The notes under the pieces: model-generated
Told to the model about the DNA's origin: nothing
Database searches by the model: none
Seen by the model: only the letters and a program-made list of their open reading frames with translations
Assembly: GCA_038153405.1 (NCBI GenBank)
Contig: JAYOYH010000001.1
Span: forward strand, 192,156 to 256,155
Direction of reading: 5' to 3'
Length of the DNA: 64,000 nt
Source: Gemmatimonadota bacterium
Lineage (GTDB): Bacteria > Latescibacterota > UBA2968 > UBA8231
Translations under genes and position numbers: made by a program
Shown here: positions 56,202 to 64,000 of the stretch, piece by piece
Layout of the letters: every line of letters starts with the position of its first letter
Position numbering within the stretch: position 1 is the stretch's first letter

Positions 56202-57649
56202 CTCTGCAGAGCACCATACAGCGCGGCCTTACCTACGTCTTTCTTTCGACGATGGGCAGCCGCATCGTCGCTCTTTGTGCCGACGTTGCGCTGATGCGCA
56301 TGCTGCTGCCGTCCGATCACGGCGTGATGCACTTTGGCATGGTGGTCGTGGGGGCGCTGGCTTTGCTGCGCTCGCTGGGCATCGGCGAAGCGCTGGTCTT
56401 TCGCAGCGAAGTCGACCGCGAGAGCTGTGACAGCGCTTTTGTGCTGAGCGTCGGCGTAGGGCTCGTATTATATGGTGCCGTCTATGCTTGCGCACCGCAG
56501 CTCGCTTCCTGGTTAGCCGGTGCCGATCAGGCACAGCTCGTCGAGGTGCTGCGTGCCCTGGCCGTTATAGCCCTTTTACAGGGCGTGGGGACCGTTCCCA
56601 GCGCCCTGTTGGAACGCGCGCTGGCCTTTGATAAAAAAATCTACGTCGATGCCTTGCCCACGCTGATCTATGCGCTGATCGCCCTGCCGCTGGCTTGGTC
56701 TGGACACGGAGTGTGGAGTCTGGTATGGGGCCGCATTATTTCCGTGGCGGCCGGACAAGTTGCCGCTTGGAAACTGGTGTCATGGCGGCCGCACTGGCGC
56801 GTTGATATTGCCCACCTGCGCCAGCTCAGCTCATACGGCCGCTACGTCAGCGCCGCTGCCATCGTGTCGTTTCTGGTCGTCAGCGTTGACGATATGCTCG
56901 TCGCGCGGCTGGGCGGCGAGCGCGAACTGGGGCTGTATGCTCGGGCCTATCTGTTGGCCAATATACCAGTGACGGCCGTATCGCACGTGGCGGGCCGAGT
57001 GGCTTTTCCCGCTTTTGCGCAGCTGGTTCGCGCGCGCGAAAATGTGGGGCCATTATACCTGCAAATGCTCGGCAGCGTGGCGTTGCTAACCTTGCCCATG
57101 GCGCTGCTGTTGGCCCTGTTGGCCAGGCCGTTTACCGCGGCCTTTCTCGGCGATATTTGGCTGCCTATGGTACCCCTTCTTCAGGGCTTGGCCGCCTATG
57201 GTTTTTTGCGCTCGTTGCTATCCAATACGGGGCCTCTATTCAATGGGCTGGGCACGCCGCAAACCATTTTGAAGATCAACGGCACACAGCTAATGCTATT
57301 GGCCCTCCTGCTTTATCCGCTGATTGCGCGCTATGGCGGAGTGGGGGCGGTGTGGGGGATATTGGCCGCTAGTCTGCTGAGTGCGCCGCTGGCCATGCGC
57401 TTTTTAAAGCGCCAAGCCGATATTGGCTTGGTGGATCAACTGCGCGTTTTGCAACCCCTATTGCTTCCAGCCGCGCTGGCCTGCGGAGTGGTGATGGCGC
57501 TGCGCTATGCGCTGCAGCCTCTGGGCGGTGTAGCCATTTGTCTGGGGGCAGGAATCGGAGGCAGCATGGCCTATTGGGGCTGGCTCTATGTGGCACAGCG
57601 GGCATTTTTTCAGCAGGCGCTGGCGATGTTTTGGAGTCGTCCAACATGA
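56198..57649 (+). CDS. Wzx-type polysaccharide flippase
   Basis: R.LLP.D.G, GVWSLV, LGLYARAY, FPAFA; multi-TM. Confidence 0.85.
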   Translation: MTLQSTIQRGLTYVFLSTMGSRIVALCADVALMRMLLPSDHGVMHFGMVVVGALALLRSLGIGEALVFRSEVDRESCDSAFVLSVGVGLVLYGAVYACAPQLASWLAGADQAQLVEVLRALAVIALLQGVGTVPSALLERALAFDKKIYVDALPTLIYALIALPLAWSGHGVWSLVWGRIISVAAGQVAAWKLVSWRPHWRVDIAHLRQLSSYGRYVSAAAIVSFLVVSVDDMLVARLGGERELGLYARAYLLANIPVTAVSHVAGRVAFPAFAQLVRARENVGPLYLQMLGSVALLTLPMALLLALLARPFTAAFLGDIWLPMVPLLQGLAAYGFLRSLLSNTGPLFNGLGTPQTILKINGTQLMLLALLLYPLIARYGGVGAVWGILAASLLSAPLAMRFLKRQADIGLVDQLRVLQPLLLPAALACGVVMALRYALQPLGGVAICLGAGIGGSMAYWGWLYVAQRAFFQQALAMFWSRPT

Positions 57650-58764
57650 AGCGCGCCACTCGCCCGCGCATCGGCTACCTCGACCACCACGGAGATCTTG
57701 TCGGCGGTGGGCAAATTAGCCTGTTGGCTCTTATCGGGGGGTTGCAGAGCTACGATGCAGTGTGCTGGTGTGGTGCGCGTGGCAGCATGAGCGATGCAGT
57801 GCATCAGGCCGGGGTGGATGGCGTCGTCTGTCCCATGCCCGCGCTGCGCGTCGCGCACGTTGCTGGCATATGCCGCACCGTCATTGAACTGTTGCGCCTA
57901 GCGCGTCAAGGCCAAATCGTTCTCCTGCATGCCAATAGCACGCGCAGCATGTGCTACGCAGCGCTGGTGGGTTGGCTGGCCGGCTTGCCCGTCGTATGGC
58001 ACGTGCGCATTGCACAAGCCGAACGAGGCTTAGATCGGATTCTCGCGCATTGGGCACACGGCATAATCGCCGTTTCATCGGCTGTAGTGCGGCGCTTTCC
58101 AGCCGACCTGCATTACAAAGTGCACCTCGTGCACAATGGGGTAGACGTCGAAGCTTTTGCACGCGCCGAACCGGGCACTTGGAAAGAGCAGTGGGGAGCG
58201 GGGCCAACAGTTGGCATGGTTGCGCAACTGACTCCGTCGAAACGCCAGGGCGATTTTATCAGGGCAATGGCTTTGGTGGCTGAGAGCTGTCCCGATGCTC
58301 GCTATGTGCTGGCGGGGGAAGAGCCGGGTGGGCCGGGCGCGTACAGCGCGGGTCTGCGCGACTGCGTGCGTGAAGTTGGCCTGGACGGGTCCCTGCACTT
58401 TGCGGGTTTCTGTTCCGATATGGTCTCGCTCTATGCTGATCTGGACATCGTCGTACTGTGTTCGGACAACGAGGCCTTTGGTCGAGTACTGATCGAGGCG
58501 ATGGCCGCCGCCAAACCGGTGGTTGCCACGCGGGCAGGTGGGATCGGCGATATCGTTGTTGAAGGCGAGACCGGTTATCTGGTCGATGTGGGTGACTGCA
58601 CTGGCCTAGCGAAGGCTGTCGCAGACCTACTCACCGATCCGGAGCGCGCGCGGGCCATGGGGGAAGCGGGCCAGCAGCGCGCGCGCCAGCACTTTAGTAT
58701 CGAGGCCCACGTAGAGCGCGTAGAAGCGCTCTACGCCGCACTGTGCGAGGGGCATTCGGCGTGA
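57646..58764 (+). CDS. GT4 glycosyltransferase
   Basis: GGGQ, HNGVD, EAFGRVLIEAMA. Confidence 0.9.
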   Translation: MKRATRPRIGYLDHHGDLVGGGQISLLALIGGLQSYDAVCWCGARGSMSDAVHQAGVDGVVCPMPALRVAHVAGICRTVIELLRLARQGQIVLLHANSTRSMCYAALVGWLAGLPVVWHVRIAQAERGLDRILAHWAHGIIAVSSAVVRRFPADLHYKVHLVHNGVDVEAFARAEPGTWKEQWGAGPTVGMVAQLTPSKRQGDFIRAMALVAESCPDARYVLAGEEPGGPGAYSAGLRDCVREVGLDGSLHFAGFCSDMVSLYADLDIVVLCSDNEAFGRVLIEAMAAAKPVVATRAGGIGDIVVEGETGYLVDVGDCTGLAKAVADLLTDPERARAMGEAGQQRARQHFSIEAHVERVEALYAALCEGHSA

Positions 58765-59882
58765 AAATAGGCATTGATATTCGCGAGCTGGAGCGCGGCA
58801 AAACGACGGGTATCGGGCGCTATGTGCGCAATTTCATCGCCTACGCACAGCGGGAGCGGCCGCAGCACGAAGTGATGCTCTATGGCAATCAGCACAGCGA
58901 GTCCGACTGGTCGGGGGACAATGTGCGCACGCGTATCGCGCCAGAGGGGTGGACCCAGTGGTGGGACCAGGTCACCTTGCCCAATATGGCCAATGCCGAC
59001 GGTATAGAGGTGTTTTTCTCGCCGTATATCAAAGGGCCCCTACGCGTTGGCTGCCCGCTCGTGGTGACCATACACGATTTGATGGACCTGGTTTTTCCCG
59101 AATACGGCAGCGGGCCTGTGGCCCGCGTGCTCTTCAGGCAAATGGCCCGGCGCGTTGGCCTGCGCGCCGATATCGTGCTGGCCGACTCACAGTATTCGGC
59201 GGAGGACATCGTGCGCCTGCTGCAGCTGCCGCGCGAAAAGATCGAGGTCTTGCCGATCGGCATTGAAGAGCGCTATGGGCCGCAGAGCCATGATGGGCTG
59301 CCGAGTGCACTGCGCGACCAATACGGCATTTGCGGCGAGTATATATACTACTTGGGCAACTTCAAGCCGCACAAAAATGTGCGAAGCCTCATCGAGGTTT
59401 ACGCCGATTTGCCCTCGCCGCTGCGCGCGCGCTTTCAGCTAGTGCTGGGCGGGCGTATAGATGATTCCGTCGACGGGCATCGAGCCTGGGCAACGCAGCG
59501 CGGCGTAGGCGAGCGCGTGCGTTTTATCGGACCCGTCGACGAAGGCGATATGCCGACCCTTTACAGTGCGGCGGCTCTCTTTGTCTTTCCCTCGCTCTAC
59601 GAGGGCTTTGGTCTGCCGCCGCTCGAGGCGATGGCCTGCGGCACGGCCGTGCTGTGCTCCAATCGCACGTCGCTGCCCGAAGTGGTCGGCGAAGGGGGCG
59701 TTCTCTTTGATCCGGAAGACCGGGCCGGTTGGCAAGAGACTCTGTCTGGCCTGTTGGCCGACGATGGAGCGCGGAAAGCATGGGGGGAGAAAGGCCTCCA
59801 GCGCGCGCGCGCCTTTCGCGTTGAAGCGCTCTGCGAGCGGCAGATGCAGCTATTGGAAAACGCGGAGAGACGGCGTGGATAG
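58761..59882 (+). CDS. GT4 glycosyltransferase
   Basis: TGIGRY, TIHDL, PHKN, FPSLYEGFGLPPLEAMACG. Confidence 0.92.
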   Translation: MKIGIDIRELERGKTTGIGRYVRNFIAYAQRERPQHEVMLYGNQHSESDWSGDNVRTRIAPEGWTQWWDQVTLPNMANADGIEVFFSPYIKGPLRVGCPLVVTIHDLMDLVFPEYGSGPVARVLFRQMARRVGLRADIVLADSQYSAEDIVRLLQLPREKIEVLPIGIEERYGPQSHDGLPSALRDQYGICGEYIYYLGNFKPHKNVRSLIEVYADLPSPLRARFQLVLGGRIDDSVDGHRAWATQRGVGERVRFIGPVDEGDMPTLYSAAALFVFPSLYEGFGLPPLEAMACGTAVLCSNRTSLPEVVGEGGVLFDPEDRAGWQETLSGLLADDGARKAWGEKGLQRARAFRVEALCERQMQLLENAERRRG

Positions 59883-61026
59883 AGAGGGCATCGTTCTACT
59901 GATAAGCAATGATTTCCCTCCGATATCGGGCGGGCAGTCGCGGTACTTGTACGATTTGTGGTCCTGTCTTCCCGCAGAACAGATCGTCGTTATGGCGCCC
60001 CAAGTGAAAGGGTCGGAATCGGTTGATGCCCAGCTGCCCTATCGGGTAGAGCGGGTGCCGCTGCGCTTATATGGCGGCCGTCTCAATAAGGTGTTCAAGG
60101 CGCTACAGCTGCTGCGCGCTGCGTTTTTCTATTGCCGTTGCCACCGCGTGCGCGCCATACACTGTGGTCAGGTTTTTTCCACCGGCTTTGCCGGACGCGG
60201 CTGTCGCGCCCTACTGGGTATTCCCTACGTGGTCTACGTCTACGGAGCCGATGTGTTGGAATTTTGCGCGCGGCCCCTGTGGGGACGCGCGCTGCGGACC
60301 ATTCTGCAGGGGGCGGAACGAGTGGTTGCCATCAGTGGATTTTCGCGCCGTGCCGCCCTTCGCTGCGGCGCAGTGGAAAGCCGCTTAGAGGTGGTGAAGC
60401 CGGCGCTCGATGTGGCGCGTTTTGCGGCGGAGTTCGACCGCGATCGCGCACGTGCGCGCTTTGGTTGGCAAGGGCGGCGCGTCGTACTCAGCGTTGGACG
60501 CTTGGTGGAGCGCAAAGGGCAAGACACTGTTCTGCGCGCCCTGGTCGATGTGGCCGGCTCGGTGCCCGAGGTGCTCTACGCCATTGGCGGCAGCGGGCCC
60601 TATGGCGATCGGCTGCAGGCGATGGTGGACGAGTTGGGCCTGCGCGCCCACGTCGAATTTCTCGGCTTTGTGGACGAGGGCCAGTTGGCCGAACGCTACG
60701 CGGCTGCCGATGTCTTTACGATGGTCAGTCGCGAGATTGCCGAAGTCGGCGAAGTCGAGGGCTTTGGCATCGTCTACCTCGAGGCTAACGCCTGCGGCAC
60801 GCCCGTTGTCGCGGGGCGTTCGGGCGGGGTAGAGGATGCCGTAGTAGACGGCGAGACCGGCCTGCTCGTCGATCCCGATGATCCTGCCCAGACGGCGGCG
60901 GCCCTGCGATCCCTGCTGGCTGACGAAGCGCTGCGCCGCCACCTCGGTGCGCAGGGGCGGCGGCGGGTATTGGCCGATTTCGACCGGCGTCAGCAGGCGC
61001 GGAACCTCTGGGCGTTGAGTCCGTGA
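59875..61026 (+). CDS. GT4 glycosyltransferase (PimB-like)
   Basis: NDFPP..GG, GRLVERKG, EGFGIVYLEA. Confidence 0.9.
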   Translation: MDREGIVLLISNDFPPISGGQSRYLYDLWSCLPAEQIVVMAPQVKGSESVDAQLPYRVERVPLRLYGGRLNKVFKALQLLRAAFFYCRCHRVRAIHCGQVFSTGFAGRGCRALLGIPYVVYVYGADVLEFCARPLWGRALRTILQGAERVVAISGFSRRAALRCGAVESRLEVVKPALDVARFAAEFDRDRARARFGWQGRRVVLSVGRLVERKGQDTVLRALVDVAGSVPEVLYAIGGSGPYGDRLQAMVDELGLRAHVEFLGFVDEGQLAERYAAADVFTMVSREIAEVGEVEGFGIVYLEANACGTPVVAGRSGGVEDAVVDGETGLLVDPDDPAQTAAALRSLLADEALRRHLGAQGRRRVLADFDRRQQARNLWALSP

Positions 61027-62192
61027 GGCGCGTGCGCGTTTTGCACGTCATTACGCGGTTGGAGCGCGGCGGTTCGACGGACAATACGCTGCTAAGCGCG
61101 GCGATGGCCAATCGGCAGCGCTATGAAGTGGACCTCGCTGCGGGGCCGCGGCCGGGCGCGCCCAGTCCGCTGGAGCTACGCGCCCGACAAGCCGAAATCG
61201 GCTGGATTGAGGTGCCCGACTTGGTGCGTGCCATCCGTCCCTTGCGCGACTTGCGCGCCCTCCTTCAGCTGTGCCGCCTCATGCGCAGTGGGCGCTATGA
61301 TATCGTGCATACCCACACCTCTAAGGCGGGTCTGTTGGGGCGGTTGGCCGCTTGGTTGGTGCGCGTTCCCTGCGTTGTACATACGCCGCATGGGCACGTT
61401 TTTTACGGGTATTACGGGCCCGTTATAAGTCGATTTTTTGTTCAGCTGGAGCGTCTGGCAGCCCGTTGGTGCAGCCGCATTATCACGCTCACGGAGCGCG
61501 GGGCGCGCGACCACGTCGAATTGGGGGTGGCGCCGCGCGAGAAGTTTGCCATCGTGCACAGCGGCATTGCTTTCCCCTCAGGATCGTCGTGGCGCCAAGA
61601 GCGCGGTCGGCTGCGCGCGGAGTGGGGTATGCCTGACAGCGCCGCGGTCATCGGCACTCTGGGGCGGTTGACGGCAATTAAGGGGCAGGCCGATCTGATC
61701 CTGGCCTTTGCCGAGCTATCCAAGGAGAGCGTTGATCGCTGGCTGCTGCTGGTCGGGGAGGGCGAAGAGCGCGCCGCGCTCGAAGCGCTGGCCACGCGCT
61801 GCGGCGTGGGCGATCGCGTCGCGTGGGCCGGTTGGCGAGACGATGTGTATGCCGCGCTGGCCTCGATGGATATATTTGCCCTACCTTCGGTCAATGAGGG
61901 GATGGGCAAGGCGCTCGTAGAGGCGATGTTTGTCGGTCTGCCGTGCGTGGCAACGCGCGTGGGGGGGATCCCCGAAATCGTCCGCGACGGAGTGGAGGGC
62001 ATATTGGTTGATCCCTCGTCGCCGCTGCAGCTGGCGGCCGGCTTGCGCGCCCTGCTGGACGATGCCGCCCTGCGCGCGCGCTGTGCTGGAGCGGCGCGGC
62101 AACGCGCGGCGGCCTATAGCGCCGAGGCGATGGTGGAATCTATTGAGAAGCTGTACGAAGAGGTGCTGAGGGAGAAGGCATGGCAAGCATAG
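61023..62192 (+). CDS. GT4 glycosyltransferase
   Basis: HVITRL..GG, HTHTSKAG, HTPHGH, EGMGKALVEAM. Confidence 0.92.
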   Translation: MRRVRVLHVITRLERGGSTDNTLLSAAMANRQRYEVDLAAGPRPGAPSPLELRARQAEIGWIEVPDLVRAIRPLRDLRALLQLCRLMRSGRYDIVHTHTSKAGLLGRLAAWLVRVPCVVHTPHGHVFYGYYGPVISRFFVQLERLAARWCSRIITLTERGARDHVELGVAPREKFAIVHSGIAFPSGSSWRQERGRLRAEWGMPDSAAVIGTLGRLTAIKGQADLILAFAELSKESVDRWLLLVGEGEERAALEALATRCGVGDRVAWAGWRDDVYAALASMDIFALPSVNEGMGKALVEAMFVGLPCVATRVGGIPEIVRDGVEGILVDPSSPLQLAAGLRALLDDAALRARCAGAARQRAAAYSAEAMVESIEKLYEEVLREKAWQA

Positions 62193-63601
62193 CGCGGCTC
62201 GTCGTTTTTTTTATTTCGTGCATCGCTGCATATGGCGCAGAGGATGGGGCCGTTGAATACCTAGCGCTGAATGCCGCTGTGCAGGTGCGAGTTGGCGAGG
62301 GCTTGGATGTTGAACGCATAGCGCAGGAGGCGCGTGCGGCGGGGGTGGACGCCGTCGTCTTTACCGAGCCCGACGTGCGCCGCGTCGACTATGGCCCGCC
62401 CTTTCTTCGCTCGCTGCTGCGCTCTTCCTACCAAGAGCACAGCCTCTACTCGTCCAATGGGACCGCCCAGTATCTGCAAAACGTTGAGCGCGCTCAGCAG
62501 CGCTTTCCGCAGATGGTATTGGTCGAAGGCGTAGAGTCGCGTCCGTTTTACTATTGGGCATCCGGCGGCGATGGTCCCTGGGCATTAGAACAGTGGAACC
62601 GGCGCATAGCCGCCGTGGGATTGAGCGACGCCGAGGCCTATGGCGGGCTGCCCGTGAGTGGAGGAGCCGGCATAGGAGTTTGGAACCTTTCAAGTGTGTT
62701 GCTGCTCTGGCCCTTGCTGGGGCTGGCTTATGCCGTCGTCGCACGCGCGCATCCACTCGCGCTGCGCCTGGTTATCGGTGCGGCGTCGCTGCTCTGCTTG
62801 GTCGAAAACGTACCGTTTACAGTCCCCTTGTGGGATCCGTATAAGGGCGATTTGGGACCGGCGCCCTATCAGCACTACATAGACCGCGTAAACGAGGGCG
62901 GGGGATTGGCTCTTTGGCTGCCGGTCGACGAGGCGCTTTCGCAGCGGAGGATCGCGCTGTTTTTCGGGCAACTGACGGCGTTTGTGCCGCCGGCGGAAAT
63001 GGGCGATGAGTTGCTCAAAACGCGGGGTGCTACCGCCTTTGCCGCGCTGCATTCGGGGCGGGCAAGTGCCGCCGATCTCGGGCGATCATGGGACAAAGTG
63101 CTCATCGAATACCTCAACGGCGAGCGGCGTCAGCCACTGTGGGCGCTGGGCTGTGTCGATTACGACAGCGGGGCACAACTCGATTCCATATTGACCGTCT
63201 TCGGCGTCCGCCAAGCGAGCCGTGCGGGACTCTTTGAGGCCATGCGGCAGGGGCGCATGTACGCGGTGAGCGGCGGTGCGCTGCGCCTGCAGTTGGAGGA
63301 CTTTCGCGCCGAGAGTGCAGACCGCTCGGCGGGGGCTGGAGAAACGCTGGTCGGTGCGGGGAGCGTCGAAGTGATAGCGCGCCTATCGAGCCAAAACGGT
63401 GCAGTACAGCAGGTGCGCGCGCAGCTGATTCGCGCCGGTAAAATCGTCAGAGAAGTGCGCGGTACGACGCCCCTTGAGATGCGCTACGTCGAGGAAGTCG
63501 AAGGAGGGAAGCCCGTCAAGACCTACTTTCGCCTGATGGCGCAAAGTGGCGATTCGCGGCTGGTTTCCAACCCCATTTTCGCGCGAGTGGAGGGGCTGTG
63601 A
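62180..63601 (+). CDS. PHP-fold-like membrane protein in the polysaccharide locus
   Basis: A..AGVDAVVFT, GVE, EAMRQGRMY, SNPIF; internal two-TM insert. Confidence 0.5.
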   Translation: MASIARLVVFFISCIAAYGAEDGAVEYLALNAAVQVRVGEGLDVERIAQEARAAGVDAVVFTEPDVRRVDYGPPFLRSLLRSSYQEHSLYSSNGTAQYLQNVERAQQRFPQMVLVEGVESRPFYYWASGGDGPWALEQWNRRIAAVGLSDAEAYGGLPVSGGAGIGVWNLSSVLLLWPLLGLAYAVVARAHPLALRLVIGAASLLCLVENVPFTVPLWDPYKGDLGPAPYQHYIDRVNEGGGLALWLPVDEALSQRRIALFFGQLTAFVPPAEMGDELLKTRGATAFAALHSGRASAADLGRSWDKVLIEYLNGERRQPLWALGCVDYDSGAQLDSILTVFGVRQASRAGLFEAMRQGRMYAVSGGALRLQLEDFRAESADRSAGAGETLVGAGSVEVIARLSSQNGAVQQVRAQLIRAGKIVREVRGTTPLEMRYVEEVEGGKPVKTYFRLMAQSGDSRLVSNPIFARVEGL

Positions 63602-64000
63602 TCATCGCCATTCACCAGCCCCAGTTTATGCCCTGGCTCGGCTACTTCGATAAGATGGCCCAGGTTGATGTCTTTGTATTGCTGGACAATGTGCAATACA
63701 AGAAAAATGAATTCCAGAATCGCAACCGCATTAAAACCCCCACTGGACCGCAGTGGCTGACGGTGCCCGTCTCCTATCGCTTTCCGGCGTTGATAAACGA
63801 GGTGGCCGTGCCTGCGGGCGACCCCTGGCGGCGCAAGCACCTACAGGCGCTACAGGCCAACTACGGCAAGGCGCCCCACTGGCCAACCTACGGGGCTGCA
63901 CTGCAGGCCCTCTATGCCGACGAGCAGCCGCTGCTGGCAGCGGTCAACGCTGCCTCGGTCGAGTGGCTGCGCGACCATTTGCACATTGAGACCCCGCTGG
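63598..64000 (+). CDS. WbqC-family protein, 3'-truncated by window edge (not in the ORF track)
   Basis: GTG 63598 reads MIIAIHQPQFMPWLGYFDKM..VDVFVLLDNVQY...FQNRNRIK. Confidence 0.88.
   Translation, partial: MIIAIHQPQFMPWLGYFDKMAQVDVFVLLDNVQYKKNEFQNRNRIKTPTGPQWLTVPVSYRFPALINEVAVPAGDPWRRKHLQALQANYGKAPHWPTYGAALQALYADEQPLLAAVNAASVEWLRDHLHIETPL

Noticed and set aside
1..64000. CRISPR array, prophage, IS element or integron
   Set aside because: No regularly spaced repeats, integrase, transposase or phage genes seen by eye

Overview
GC-rich bacterial chromosomal window, mostly core genes. I see no CRISPR array, rRNA, integrase, transposase or prophage. A secreted metalloprotease with a 'YPNPFN...WNGRD...SSGVY' C-terminal sorting domain and the overall gene content suggest an FCB-group lineage such as Ca. 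Latescibacterota (inference). Order: dnaJ-mrp-prmA-rsmE-aroQ, SH3/TPR protein, RNase HII-YraN fusion, ECF ATPase, GT2/GT-C pair, two divergent flagellins with back-to-back sigma-28-type promoters, queA-ispDF-dedA, rplM-rpsI-rpsB-tsf-frr (no pyrH), degenerate GGDEF protein, UbiA-family transferase, tRNA-Ala, thiolase, ssb paralogue, orphan N6-methyltransferase/TRD fusion, PqqD-nucleotidyltransferase-Wza-cysK, a matrixin plus partner gene, a Cys-rich MerR-iscA-iscS-moeZ operon, trmB, a reduced dcw cluster, kptA and a Wzx/Wzy polysaccharide locus. Most notable: (1) a Wzc kinase extended by a third TM segment and two SPOR-like domains, one gene (kptA) after ftsZ; (2) a dcw cluster lacking mraY, murD, murG, murB and ddl, with an apparent eroded murD 3' end before ftsW; (3) a Cys-rich MerR regulator with a palindromic operator heading Fe-S/sulfur-relay genes; (4) an orphan RRE-nucleotidyltransferase-Wza module; (5) a possible MMP/TIMP-like pair. 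All calls come from reading motifs by eye; no searches were run. Where a start differs from the ORF track, it was moved to a more plausible codon.
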